Shown in pieces: positions 19,805 through 30,002 of a DNA stretch of 64,000 nucleotides. A model generated the notes under the pieces. The model was not told where the DNA came from and ran no database searches. It was given only the letters and a program-made list of their open reading frames with translations. Source of the stretch: Pseudomonadota bacterium (GTDB lineage Bacteria; Bdellovibrionota; Bdellovibrionia; Bdellovibrionales; Bdellovibrionaceae); NCBI GenBank assembly GCA_041178425.1, contig JBEGVH010000030.1, forward strand, positions 192,001-256,000. The letters run 5' to 3'. Position numbers and translations under genes: made by a program. Every line of letters starts with the position of its first letter. Position 1 is the stretch's first letter.

Positions 19805-20698
19805 TTACACTTTGATGGTAACAATGGATCGAATCATTAATCCACCAATAACTTGCAGGGTTAACATCAGAAATAAAAGCGCAATCCCCTTGGGATTGGT
19901 AAAGAGGGGCTTGATATAATTAGGATCTAAAAAGGCAAAGCCAATAAGAATTAAAAACGGCACCCCAGTGATAATCAATCCTTGCATCATCCCTTGAGTC
20001 GTCATGGCTTGAATCTTTTTTTCAACCTTTTGGCGTTCACGAATCGTCGTCACAATCGTTTCGAATGTTTCTCCCATGTTTCCGCCCGTCTCCTTGAGAA
20101 TATTAATTGCGGTCACAAACATTTGAACATCAGGCCTAGGAATACGAAACGAAAGTTCTGTAAGCGCCTCTTCAACACTGCGACCAATGCGAATTTGAGA
20201 TAAAACAAGGCTAAACTCTTGCGCTATGGGTTCCCCGAGATTATCGACCACTCTTTCCATAGCTTGTGTGATACTCAGTCCGGCTTTGATACCATTTGCC
20301 ATGATAGTTAAACCGTCTACCATTTGGTCTACAAAAAGACCTGCACGTTTCTCTTGCTGCTGTTTCACATAGAGCAGTGGAATATTCCAACCTAAAACGC
20401 CAATAATCACAGCCATCACCAAACCAATCAAGACGTTTGGCCAGAGCAGGAGCAAGGCAACAAATCCCAATCCGAAACTCAGCAAATAGATTAGAATCGT
20501 AATTTTTTGTTTATCTATTTCAACAAACATGGCATCGAGACGACGAAACATTTCGTCTCTCTGACCAATACTTTTTTGAGTAAGCCAATTCGTAATTTTA
20601 GATTCCCATTGATAAATAACAACCGCGGCTAATATGCCTACCAGGGGAATGATAATCCAACTGCTCAAAAGTAACTTCTTCATAAAGATTGGCCTCAA
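19805..20698 (-). CDS. tadB: Tad inner-membrane platform protein TadB (T2SS F family)
   Basis: MANGIKAGLSITQA, ETGGNMGE, position after tadA. Confidence 0.88.
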   Translation of the reverse strand: MRPIFMKKLLLSSWIIIPLVGILAAVVIYQWESKITNWLTQKSIGQRDEMFRRLDAMFVEIDKQKITILIYLLSFGLGFVALLLLWPNVLIGLVMAVIIGVLGWNIPLLYVKQQQEKRAGLFVDQMVDGLTIMANGIKAGLSITQAMERVVDNLGEPIAQEFSLVLSQIRIGRSVEEALTELSFRIPRPDVQMFVTAINILKETGGNMGETFETIVTTIRERQKVEKKIQAMTTQGMMQGLIITGVPFLILIGFAFLDPNYIKPLFTNPKGIALLFLMLTLQVIGGLMIRSIVTIKV

Positions 20699-22929
20699 CT
20701 CCCTGATTTTTTAACAGCTCCAGGAGGTGCCGGAACGGGCGGACGCTTGGCCCCTCCCGCCCCAGAGGAGCTTTGGTTGTTAGAAGGAATGCCTTGCGAG
20801 ACAACCTTAGGATCGTTCGAAAAAATATCTCGTGGAATCACGACGCCTTTGGCTTCGAGTTTTTCAATAAAGGTCGGAATGTGGCCGAGAGCCTGAAAGA
20901 TTCCCTGGATGCGTCGGTTTTTATCATAACCAGTTTCTTTGAACCGAAAAATTTCTGCCAAGGTAACAACCTCACCCTGCATTCCAACCACTTCTGTGAT
21001 AGAGAGAATTCGCCTCGATCCATCAGAGAGCCGAGAGATCTGAACAATCAAATTAACCGCACTTGCCACCTGCTCTCGAATGGCTCGAACCGGAAGATCC
21101 ATTCCGGCCATCATGCAGAGCGTTTCAAGACGAGCAATGCACTCTCTAGGGCTATTCGCATGTGTCGTTGTCATTGATCCATCATGGCCGGTGTTCATGG
21201 CCTGCAACATATCTAAAGCTGCCCCGTCTCGGCACTCACCCACCACGATTCGATCGGGTCGCATACGCAGAGCATTTTTGATAAGATCACGAATATGAAC
21301 AGCGCCTGAACCTTCCATATTAGCGGGTCGGGTTTCAAGGCGTACGACGTGCTCCTGTTGCATTTGCAATTCAGCAGCGTCTTCGACGGTCACGATTCTC
21401 TCATTAGACGGAATAAAGCCAGAGATCATGTTAAGAAGTGACGTTTTACCAGAACCAGTTCCACCGCTGATAACGACGTTGAGTCCGTTCTCGACACAAA
21501 TTTTTAAAAAGTCGATCATGGGCTTTGTTAAGCTTCCGAACTCGATGTATTTCTCAGGGGTAATACCACCCTTTTTGAATTTACGAATTGTGAGGGCCGG
21601 ACCATCAATCGAAAGGGGCTCAATAATCGCGTTGACCCGGCTTCCGTCTTTTAGCCGCGCATCCACATAAGGAGTTTTTTCATCGATTCGACGCCCAAGA
21701 GGAGTAACAATTCGTTCAATCACGTTGCGCAAGTGCAAATTCGACGTAAAGGTCACGGGAGTGAGCTGAACTTTTCCGCTTCTTTCAATAAAGATACGCC
21801 GATGACCATTCACCATAATTTCAGTGACCGTTTGATCGGCAAGAAGATCCTCAAGAGGGCCTAGGCCCAAGGCTTCATCAAGAACTTCTTTGATAATTTT
21901 CGATCTCTCATCTCTGGCCGTGTTGGGCGCCTCGCGATCCACAATCACAGTAATGGATTGAAGCGTTTTTTGCTGAAGAGCTTTTTCTTTGGCAGGGTCA
22001 CCTTGAGTGTCGGTGATCCCTTTTTTTAAGTCCATGGCTTTTATCAGCTCTGAATGAGTCTTAAGCTTTAATACGGTTCGAGGATCAAGCTTTTCACGAT
22101 AATCAGATTCTCCTGACGAAGGCGCCGATACTGCCGCGGCATTGCCTTTTGGGCGTGCCATTTGCTTGAGCCGCTGAAGGATTCCTCCTGTCAACTTTCT
22201 TACTAACTCGTGATGTGCCGCCGAAACAGGGGCTTGATTTGAAGTAAACACAAACGGCGCCGAGCGCTGAAGACTATTATTAACCGTGATATCATCGATA
22301 GGAACCGTGCCCAGAACAGGTAGTCTTAATGTTTGCGAAATCGCCTGCGGATTCAATCCGGTTGCGCCCACTTTATTCACCACCAATTGCATTAGATCGA
22401 GGGGAACTGTATTCGACAGCAACTCATTCACGAGTCTTTGGGTGTGGCTCACCACAAGGACGTCGGGTGCAGTGATGACCATCAGGGCACTCGCCTCCAT
22501 AATGAGGCTTAATTGCAGAGGTCCTATATCATGGCCTATATCGACAATGATGAACTTAAAAAGTCGGCTAAAATTCTCAAGTTGTTTGACCATTAATTCT
22601 GGGTCAACCATGAGCGACTCTTCGGGCCCTCTCACGGCAGCCACATAGTACAGACCGCTCGCATGAGGAAGGGCCACCTGACCAATCGATTGAGCACTAA
22701 TGGGCTGACTGAACGTTGAAACTTCGCTGAGGTTTTTGCTAGGTCTCAAGCCGAGAATTAAATTCTGATCACCACAGCTTTTGGCATCAGCATCGATGAG
22801 CAAAACTTGCTGGCGCAGCTCTAACTGAAAGGCCACAGCTAAATTGGCAGCGAGAACACTCTTTCCCACTCCGCCTTTTCCGCCGGTCACACAAATCAGA
22901 TGACATTGTGGATTGATGGCCACAAACAC
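20695..22929 (-). CDS. tadA: MinD/CpaE-like domain fused to the TadA/CpaF pilus ATPase
   Basis: N-terminal GGKGGVGKS; C-terminal GGTGSGKTS, LRMRPDRIVVGE, AMNTGHDG. Confidence 0.93.
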   Translation of the reverse strand: MFVAINPQCHLICVTGGKGGVGKSVLAANLAVAFQLELRQQVLLIDADAKSCGDQNLILGLRPSKNLSEVSTFSQPISAQSIGQVALPHASGLYYVAAVRGPEESLMVDPELMVKQLENFSRLFKFIIVDIGHDIGPLQLSLIMEASALMVITAPDVLVVSHTQRLVNELLSNTVPLDLMQLVVNKVGATGLNPQAISQTLRLPVLGTVPIDDITVNNSLQRSAPFVFTSNQAPVSAAHHELVRKLTGGILQRLKQMARPKGNAAAVSAPSSGESDYREKLDPRTVLKLKTHSELIKAMDLKKGITDTQGDPAKEKALQQKTLQSITVIVDREAPNTARDERSKIIKEVLDEALGLGPLEDLLADQTVTEIMVNGHRRIFIERSGKVQLTPVTFTSNLHLRNVIERIVTPLGRRIDEKTPYVDARLKDGSRVNAIIEPLSIDGPALTIRKFKKGGITPEKYIEFGSLTKPMIDFLKICVENGLNVVISGGTGSGKTSLLNMISGFIPSNERIVTVEDAAELQMQQEHVVRLETRPANMEGSGAVHIRDLIKNALRMRPDRIVVGECRDGAALDMLQAMNTGHDGSMTTTHANSPRECIARLETLCMMAGMDLPVRAIREQVASAVNLIVQISRLSDGSRRILSITEVVGMQGEVVTLAEIFRFKETGYDKNRRIQGIFQALGHIPTFIEKLEAKGVVIPRDIFSNDPKVVSQGIPSNNQSSSGAGGAKRPPVPAPPGAVKKSGS

Positions 22930-23054
22930 TCCTCGGTTTTGAACAATTCCATATTCTATTATGCAAGATGATACTCAGTGGGCCCAACAACTTTATTGCC
23001 AGACTAGCCAATCAAGGAGTCTAGCTCCTAGGGCTTTTGACAGGGCTCTAAAGT

Positions 23055-24647
23055 TTAATCTCTTAGATGAAACTTTCTTTTAATTTTCTCAACGCCAGCG
23101 CTAGCACTGCTCTTAATGATGGGGGTTACAAAGACAACAAACTGAGTTTGCTTTCTTTGAAAGCCCTTCGAAGAATAGAGAGAAATTAACGGGTTCTTAC
23201 TAACGTCGGGTGGCAACCGATTATAGTCGGTGTAGTTTGAGTTACGAATTAAACCGCCCACCGCTGCGCTCTGACCACTGCGAACCGTGATGATGGTTCT
23301 CATGGTGTTCTCGGTAGTCATGGGGCCCGCATCGGTCACACCAACAAGTTGGCTAATAGCAAACCCTAAATCAAGGCGAATACTATCCGAATTATTCGCA
23401 ATTATTGCCGGCGTAATTTGCGTATTTATGCCCACAGGCTGAAACTGAGTGCCCGCCTGACCTGTGGCATTGACTACGGAATACGGAACATTCGAAACCG
23501 ATTTCATTTCGCCTTTTTGATTATTTTCTACAATGAGAGTTGAGCTTTCTAAAATTCGTGCAAAATTGTGACCTTTCAACCAGTTCAGTTTAGGAAACAG
23601 GTTTGAAATAATTCCTGTGACCTGACTAAATACCCCAGGAGAACCCCCTTTGGCTCCCTCACCAAAACCAACGGCCGAACCATCTTTGAGATCGGGCATC
23701 CATTGAAAGCGGAACATGCGATTGTAGTCTTTATTGAGTTCAACATAATGAACCACCAGCTGAATAAGTTTTTCTGGACCTCGAGGTGCTGGAGGGCGCA
23801 CCTGTAACATGTCGATGACAATCTCTTCATTTTTGCCTGCACGTCGCTTTAAAAAATCACCCTCGGCTTTATCGAGAACAATTTCGGGCAAATAAATTTT
23901 GGCAATCTTTCTCGCTCTTTCTTTTTCATCTTCGCTGTCGACCACTCCCTCGAGGAGGAACTTATCGTTGATGGCGCGAACACTCACTTCGGGGTTATTG
24001 ATCTCACGCTCAATGATTTCGGCAATTTTCTTTTGCGCCAGTGGGCTGAGCGAAACCAGCGAAACGGCTTGATCTTTGTATTGCAAAATCGCATTTCCAA
24101 TACGACTCATATCGCGAGGAAGCAGAATTTGGCCATCAACAACCACTTTGTTGTTGATGATTTTTATTTCAATTCCTTCTATCTCACCAACCAGTGAGCG
24201 AATCTCTCGCGCGATTTTATCGAGGTCACTTCTTCGAATGTCTAATCGAAATTCATAAATCAGCTTTCCCTCTTTATTATGAATCGTGAGCGATCGGACG
24301 CCTTGCTCTTGGGGCGTGATACGAAGAACACCGCTTTCAGCATCATAAACCTGAGACGCAATTTTCTCGTAATCACCGAGAATTTTAAATCCTTCGGGTA
24401 ACTTGTCTAGCTTTTCTTCATGCTCGACACCTACGATAAGTGTTAAAAAGCGTCGGTTGCGCGACTCATATTCTTCGTCGTCTTCGTTTTTCTTGGCGGC
24501 ATCAATGGCTTTTTTGGGCGGATCTTGAAGGTCTTTGGGTTTTTCGATGGCTGTTGGCACTTTTGCCGCTTGCGCAAAAACTTCAGGAGAACTCAACAGC
24601 AAGTTCATACCCACAACGAGGTAAATAATGCCTATTTGTAATTTCAT
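23055..24647 (-). CDS. Tad secretin (RcpA/CpaC-like) with BON-like domains
   Basis: Signal peptide; C-terminal secretin motifs VRSGQSAAVGGLI and FVVFVTP; tad context. Confidence 0.8.
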   Translation of the reverse strand: MKLQIGIIYLVVGMNLLLSSPEVFAQAAKVPTAIEKPKDLQDPPKKAIDAAKKNEDDEEYESRNRRFLTLIVGVEHEEKLDKLPEGFKILGDYEKIASQVYDAESGVLRITPQEQGVRSLTIHNKEGKLIYEFRLDIRRSDLDKIAREIRSLVGEIEGIEIKIINNKVVVDGQILLPRDMSRIGNAILQYKDQAVSLVSLSPLAQKKIAEIIEREINNPEVSVRAINDKFLLEGVVDSEDEKERARKIAKIYLPEIVLDKAEGDFLKRRAGKNEEIVIDMLQVRPPAPRGPEKLIQLVVHYVELNKDYNRMFRFQWMPDLKDGSAVGFGEGAKGGSPGVFSQVTGIISNLFPKLNWLKGHNFARILESSTLIVENNQKGEMKSVSNVPYSVVNATGQAGTQFQPVGINTQITPAIIANNSDSIRLDLGFAISQLVGVTDAGPMTTENTMRTIITVRSGQSAAVGGLIRNSNYTDYNRLPPDVSKNPLISLYSSKGFQRKQTQFVVFVTPIIKSSASAGVEKIKRKFHLRD

Positions 24648-24674
24648 CGTTCCCCCTACGCCTACTCTTCTCAT

Positions 24675-25541
24675 TTACTGAGCTGGAACAGGCTTACCAT
24701 TCTGAAACTTTATCGTCGTATCCATATTACTAAAATTGGCAGTCGGTGCAGCCGCTGCTTGTACCCCTTGGGAGCCAGCAATTGAATCAACGCTCGAAGA
24801 CGGATACCGAACTTGTGCACGGTCGTTTGGATTACGAAGAACCATAAAAAGATTCCCTGGCTGAGTCGACGTTAGATAAACCAAATCTTGTGCTTGCTTG
24901 GGGTCAACCTCAAGAGTCACGGTGGTGTATTTAGTATCACCACTCAAGTTGTTCTGAATAATGTTTTTACCACTCGGATCGAGCTCGAGGGTTCTCGGTA
25001 TATTATTGACCACGTTAATTCCCGTCGCCAGAACGGGTACGTCTTGCATAAGATAAGTGACTTCACGACGAGCGGCAGCGCCTTTTCCAACATCGAGGGC
25101 TGCCACCAGATCGATTCGATCACCAGGACGCACTAGTTTTGCGATTCCCCGAACTTCATCCACTGGCACCGTTACGGCCCTCTTACCTGGAGACACCTGA
25201 AGTGCAATGCCTGTATCGGGTCCGGGTGTGAGAAGTTTGGTAGTCAGAATCTGTTCTCCTTTTTTAAGGGGCGCCGCCGCCACTTGCCCAACCACAGTGT
25301 CGAGATCAGAGGCCGAGGCAGGACCAATGTAATCTTCGGGAACCGCCCGAATGTCTAACATGGTGTCGTCAATAGTTTCCATCTCAGCGATGTCTCGTGA
25401 GGCCACAACCACTCTTTTCATGGCGCCGTATTTTTTATCGTACTCTTGTTGTTTTTCTTGAGAGTAACTATAAACAAGAAAAGAGGCGAACACACCGGCC
25501 GCCAAACTGATCCAAAGGGTTCTTGTTTCGTTGTTATTCAT
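24675..25541 (-). CDS. cpaB: Flp pilus assembly protein CpaB/RcpC
   Basis: SAF-like VVVASRDI, PGKRAVTVPVD, VRPGDRIDL, LRNPND. Confidence 0.9.
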   Translation of the reverse strand: MNNNETRTLWISLAAGVFASFLVYSYSQEKQQEYDKKYGAMKRVVVASRDIAEMETIDDTMLDIRAVPEDYIGPASASDLDTVVGQVAAAPLKKGEQILTTKLLTPGPDTGIALQVSPGKRAVTVPVDEVRGIAKLVRPGDRIDLVAALDVGKGAAARREVTYLMQDVPVLATGINVVNNIPRTLELDPSGKNIIQNNLSGDTKYTTVTLEVDPKQAQDLVYLTSTQPGNLFMVLRNPNDRAQVRYPSSSVDSIAGSQGVQAAAAPTANFSNMDTTIKFQNGKPVPAQ

Positions 25542-25553
25542 GCTGTTGCTCCC

Positions 25554-26051
25554 TTAGTTTCCACACTTAAAATCGATGCAAATTCCATATTTTATCGCCA
25601 GCCACACAGGGCTCGCATTCACGTTCGTATTTTGAGATCCGTTTTTTATTTTGTTTTGTTCTGTTACTCTTTGTTGAAAGCTAGACTGTCCATCCTCGAG
25701 ATCATTCCCCGCTGGAAACATGATGCTTCGTCGGGCAACGAACCACTGCGGATCACCGGATGTTAAAAGATCGTTTTCATCTCTCACGCCATGAACCCGA
25801 ACACCTTTTTTATATTTACGTGTTTCGATGAAATTAGTCTCTCTTAACATGTCGAGACGAAAACGATGTCGAAAAGTTTCAAAGGTATAATTGCGAACGG
25901 CTATCGACTGCACCGTGGCACCGTGAATGACACCAAAGAAACCGTAGGTAAACCGGAGCAGTACCGAAACTACAATGATCACAGGAATGATCTCTAGAAT
26001 CGCAAGCCCTCTTTGATTGAAAGATAAACGACGACGCTTGAGGATCAACAT
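25554..26051 (-). CDS. TadE/F-like minor pilin
   Basis: NQRG|LAILE followed by a hydrophobic helix. Confidence 0.7.
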   Translation of the reverse strand: MLILKRRRLSFNQRGLAILEIIPVIIVVSVLLRFTYGFFGVIHGATVQSIAVRNYTFETFRHRFRLDMLRETNFIETRKYKKGVRVHGVRDENDLLTSGDPQWFVARRSIMFPAGNDLEDGQSSFQQRVTEQNKIKNGSQNTNVNASPVWLAIKYGICIDFKCGN

Positions 26052-26668
26052 CCGCTATCCTCCATCGCCACATAGGCTTGTAAAAAATTGCCTTTATTGG
26101 CCTGACTGAATCGGCTATCGCGAGACAAAATCTCGTTGTATCGCTGCACTTGAAAAAATTCTCTGCACTCTTGATTCGATGGCTCTCTAAACATTAATCC
26201 GCTCACATTGGCATCGAAGTCACTCCCCGATTCCGAAAGACTTCCTAAAAAGGGAATAAAAGAGAGCCGTTTAAGAGTTATTTGAGTTCGTGCGCCCCAA
26301 GAGGGTAATCCAGCATCGCTGGTACCGTCAAATCCAGAAGCCGGCACATAAATGTTTTGATGATCTCCAATAGAGACTACTTTTTTAATGGTATTTTCAG
26401 GAATCAAAAAACCGGCGGCAATGTCTCTGTTGTTTAAGAGGGCTTTGTATTTTTTTTCACCGGCACTGATTTGATCCGCTTTGGTCACATCACCCGCACT
26501 CTGGGCCCTGGCCGCTGCGTACACCACATACTGAGCTAACTCGGCCGTTACAAAGGAAAGACTTACTTGCAATAGCAAAAGCATACAACCAATGGTGACA
26601 ACCATAGCGAGCATAAAGTCGATCGTTAAAAACCCGCCTTGAGAGGCGATGCCACACCTTTTTATCAT
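26045..26668 (-). CDS. TadE-like minor pilin
   Basis: SQGG|FLTIDF, hydrophobic helix, YAAARA. Confidence 0.65.
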   Translation of the reverse strand: MIKRCGIASQGGFLTIDFMLAMVVTIGCMLLLLQVSLSFVTAELAQYVVYAAARAQSAGDVTKADQISAGEKKYKALLNNRDIAAGFLIPENTIKKVVSIGDHQNIYVPASGFDGTSDAGLPSWGARTQITLKRLSFIPFLGSLSESGSDFDANVSGLMFREPSNQECREFFQVQRYNEILSRDSRFSQANKGNFLQAYVAMEDSGC

Positions 26669-26925
26669 GGGGTCTCCGTGTTACTAATAACTCGATTGAA
26701 ATTATTAGGATGCGCCGGTCGCGCTTGCGCGGGCGGTCTCCAAACACCGGTCTCAATCATTCCACTGGTGGACTCCCATGGCCCATCGACCATTTTGCTA
26801 AACCACTTTCCGTTTTTTGCAGCTTTAGAAAATACAGACCAAAAACCCACTACCAGGGTGAGCAAGAGAACCGCCTCAATAAGGACTTGCCCCTTCGGGG
26901 AGCGAAGCCGAGCTTTTTTATTCAC
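26665..26925 (-). CDS. Small pilin-like protein
   Basis: PKG|QVLIEAVLLL; GTG start overlaps the cpaA stop codon. Confidence 0.65.
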   Translation of the reverse strand: MNKKARLRSPKGQVLIEAVLLLTLVVGFWSVFSKAAKNGKWFSKMVDGPWESTSGMIETGVWRPPAQARPAHPNNFNRVISNTETP

Positions 26926-27428
26926 AAAAAGTGAACTCCTTTGGCCTCCATCAACCAAGTTGAAAGGAGTCCCAAAAAGATACCAACGGTAAAAGGAATT
27001 TTATGCCCCTTCACACTGTTACTTCTTATCGTCAGAATCGGATGAAAATTGAGGGTTTTCGCCTCTTTCCAGAGATTTTTATTCAACAAAATTCCTAAAA
27101 ATCCAAAGAGCGCACCCCAGGCAAAGGCATAAAAAAGGAGTTCTAGACTCACCTTCCACGAGAAGGCCAAACTAAGAACCATCAGTAACTTCACGTCTCC
27201 AGCACCAAGAACGCGAAACAACCACAACAAATAACCAATACCAAACATTAAAGCAGCGCTGATGAGGCCCGACCCAAGGGCATGAATTCCACCGTCGTAG
27301 GCAACAAGACTAACTATCACCAAAAATCCCAAAAGGAGACTCTTATTGGCAACCTTTCGCGTGAACAGATCCTGAAGGACAGCTCCAAGACCAACGCCGA
27401 GTAAAGTAATATCGATTAAGTTCACCAT
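26922..27428 (-). CDS. Prepilin peptidase (A24; CpaA/TadV-like)
   Basis: QDLFTRKVAN, LGAGDVKL, IPFTVGI. Confidence 0.88.
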   Translation of the reverse strand: MVNLIDITLLGVGLGAVLQDLFTRKVANKSLLLGFLVIVSLVAYDGGIHALGSGLISAALMFGIGYLLWLFRVLGAGDVKLLMVLSLAFSWKVSLELLFYAFAWGALFGFLGILLNKNLWKEAKTLNFHPILTIRSNSVKGHKIPFTVGIFLGLLSTWLMEAKGVHFL

Positions 27429-27468
27429 TTCGCTGCGCCCCTCAATTTTCGCGGGCGAGAGGACCTCG

Positions 27469-27666
27469 CTATTTTTTGATTCTCCAAGAGGTTTTACCTT
27501 GGGTATTGAATCCGGTTTCACCAGTTCTAATAAGCGTCTCAACCCGCGCCCCTAACCGAGGGGCCGAGCTATTAAAGGTTTGATTAAATGCTCCTTTACT
27601 GGCTGTGAACATGCTCAGCATTAGCGAAGAGACAATCGTTAATAAGAGAACATATTCGACCATCAT
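27469..27666 (-). CDS. Flp-like pilin, apparently leaderless
   Basis: MMVEYVLLL hydrophobic helix with the Flp EY motif, located between flp and cpaA. Confidence 0.6.
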   Translation of the reverse strand: MMVEYVLLLTIVSSLMLSMFTASKGAFNQTFNSSAPRLGARVETLIRTGETGFNTQGKTSWRIKK

Positions 27667-27695
27667 GAGGTAATTGTTCCTAATTTAAAATGATA

Positions 27696-27902
27696 CTATT
27701 TTTGGATCTCAAATCCCTGAATACCGCTATCAACTTCTCCCATCTTAGTATTAATCGCACTCGAAATTTTATTCCTAAAAGCATAGGCCAATGTGACAAC
27801 CACCACAATCAACAAAATATACTCGGTCATTCCTTGCGCAGACTCTTCTTTTAAGAATTTATTGAGTTGAAGCTTGTTGTAAATATTTTTGAGTGCTTTC
27901 AC
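27696..27902 (-). CDS. flp: Flp family type IVb major pilin
   Basis: FLKEESA|QGMTEYILLIVVVV. Confidence 0.85.
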   Translation of the reverse strand: MKALKNIYNKLQLNKFLKEESAQGMTEYILLIVVVVTLAYAFRNKISSAINTKMGEVDSGIQGFEIQK

Positions 27903-28141
27903 TGAGGCCCCTTTCGATTAATAAACTGTAAATGTTTACAACGTTAAGTCTAACCCAAGTCGTTGAACTGACCGAATTATTTTTAAAAGATGTCTTGCTA
28001 TGAGACTGGGGCTTTAAATATCTGATCTTTCGTGATAGCCGAGACGACAGCTGACTAAACATTTTACGCTTTCAGCAACTTATTTCTACACCGACAAATT
28101 TCACTGAAGGTGGCCTCCAACACGGCCCCCTCCCCACTCAC

Positions 28142-29302
28142 TTAAATATCAATGTTCATTCGGAGTTCGAATTTGCGACTTTCTCTTGGATTGTTGCGAG
28201 TGCCGACATCTTCGGCGTAGGTCACGAGATCGAGATTAAAAAAGGAGAACAGGGCTGAGGCACCGGCTGTGAGGTAGCCTTGACTGTAACCAAAACGATA
28301 TTGGCCTCGCCACCATGAGAACATGGTCCAATCGTACTCGAAACCAATGTGAAGTCCTTTTTTTAAACTAAATTGCGGGTGAAGAATATCACGAATATCC
28401 ATCACGCCCCGGCCTCCGAAAATAAGGAATTCCGGGTATTCCCAGCGGCTGCCAAGATCGATACGACGATAGAGTTTTTCTGGATCCGTCACATTCGCCG
28501 TTTTGTTGTACAAATTGAGATCTGTTTTAAAGCCATAGTCGAAAACGTTGCGCACAACGGCTCCGAATGTGGGCCTTGCTAAACGAAACAACGAAAAGAG
28601 TCCTTCGGTCGGAATCTCTGGAGTGAATAAGGCTCCGATATCGGCGTCGACAGTCATGCCTTCACTAAATGATTCTGGTTTAATAACGTTCGGATCGGCT
28701 GCTATATCCACCGCTGCCACCAGCTGATTGAAGTAGCCTCGGTTTATCGCTTTGAAGGTGACTCCCACCGAAGTTCGTCCTTGATCAATCCAATAATAAT
28801 CTTTTGCAAATCCATAGGCCATGATGGTGTCTGAGATAACGGTGGTATTGAGCACCGGACCCAGGCTCTGATGCAAACCAAGGTTCAAGGTGAGATCTAC
28901 CGGAATGATCGCGAATCCCCAGCCTGGCCGAACCCAAACTCCATTGGGCAATGAGAGTCTTGCAGAGTAGTTCGAACCGTAGGCATCTTGAAGAACATTC
29001 ATGATGGCTTCTTCGGTATTTGTGGTGGTAGATGCGGCATCACCGATCGACTGAGCGAATTTTATGAAATCCGTCGAGAAGGCGCCGTCGATGTACATAT
29101 TGATCTGGCCCTCGTCGCGACGAACTAGACCTGCAGGATTATAAAACAGGCCGCTGTAGTCGTTCGCCACGGCCACAAAAGCATCGCCCATTCCTAGTGC
29201 CCGCAAACTTTGATACTCATGGTGAATACGGTAATTTAAACCCGTTCCAGCCGATGCGAGACTAGACAGCAACAGAGCGAAAGCGAAAACTCTCTTGGCC
29301 AC
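28142..29302 (-). CDS. Outer-membrane beta-barrel, TraF/PorV/FadL-like
   Basis: RALGMGDAFVAVANDYSGLFYNPAGL motif; GAGGAGG RBS before GTG 29302. Confidence 0.75.
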   Translation of the reverse strand: MAKRVFAFALLLSSLASAGTGLNYRIHHEYQSLRALGMGDAFVAVANDYSGLFYNPAGLVRRDEGQINMYIDGAFSTDFIKFAQSIGDAASTTTNTEEAIMNVLQDAYGSNYSARLSLPNGVWVRPGWGFAIIPVDLTLNLGLHQSLGPVLNTTVISDTIMAYGFAKDYYWIDQGRTSVGVTFKAINRGYFNQLVAAVDIAADPNVIKPESFSEGMTVDADIGALFTPEIPTEGLFSLFRLARPTFGAVVRNVFDYGFKTDLNLYNKTANVTDPEKLYRRIDLGSRWEYPEFLIFGGRGVMDIRDILHPQFSLKKGLHIGFEYDWTMFSWWRGQYRFGYSQGYLTAGASALFSFFNLDLVTYAEDVGTRNNPRESRKFELRMNIDI

Positions 29303-29330
29303 GAATTCCTCCTCAGTTATAGTGTTAATC

Positions 29331-29972
29331 ATGAACCGACGAAGCCTAGTTGAAAATCTAATTTACCTCATATTGACTTATGTCCAGGCAAGCCTCGTTG
29401 CCTCCATTGCTATGGCATCACCGAATCTCGAACCTAACCCTGAGGCACGAGAAGTGACCTATCCGACGGTCGATACGAGCGGCACTCCTCAACAAGATTC
29501 GCTCTCAATTCCCGACGAGAACGACGAACGAAGAAAACTCGTGCCTGCCCATTGGCAAGAATCAGTGCACGATCGAGTTTCTTTTGTTGGTGGCGTTTAT
29601 GTTGGTCCCCATTTTGATGAGGCTAATCAAACACTTTATATATTGGGCGGAGATTACATTTTAAAAAAAGACCCGAGTGACAAAATTCACGTGGGTTTCA
29701 AAGTGAGTTCCACAAGAAATCCTTTTTTGTATGTCTCTCGAGAATTGTACCTAAGAAATTATTTGCCGCCCCTCAAGTCGTGGAGCCCTATACTTCAACT
29801 TGAACTCGACTCTATTCAGGGTTTCGGCGCTCCGGTGGCATTCAACTACTATAGCGCTGGTGCAGGGGTGACGTTTTATCTCTATCCACCAATAGACATG
29901 ACGTTTAATTTTATTCCCATCTCTTCGCGAGGAATCAGCCTAGAATTACTCTTGAGCTACTTGGCTTTTTAG
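29331..29972 (+). CDS. Hypothetical exported protein, possibly a small beta-barrel
   Basis: Hydrophobic N-terminus, terminal Phe. Start uncertain. Confidence 0.5.
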   Translation: MNRRSLVENLIYLILTYVQASLVASIAMASPNLEPNPEAREVTYPTVDTSGTPQQDSLSIPDENDERRKLVPAHWQESVHDRVSFVGGVYVGPHFDEANQTLYILGGDYILKKDPSDKIHVGFKVSSTRNPFLYVSRELYLRNYLPPLKSWSPILQLELDSIQGFGAPVAFNYYSAGAGVTFYLYPPIDMTFNFIPISSRGISLELLLSYLAF

Positions 29973-30002
29973 TTTTTTAGCTTTTTTAAATGACCGAATG
30001 AC

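Noticed and set aside
27990..28008. Degenerate GTCTCA-N3-TGAGAC palindrome; half-sites also near 35990 and 36846
   Set aside because: Matches are too partial to call without a genome-wide motif enrichment test.
28142..29302. Conjugative element suggested by the TraF-like gene and pilus genes
   Set aside because: No relaxase, coupling protein, VirB4 or integrase is present, and the flanks are housekeeping genes.
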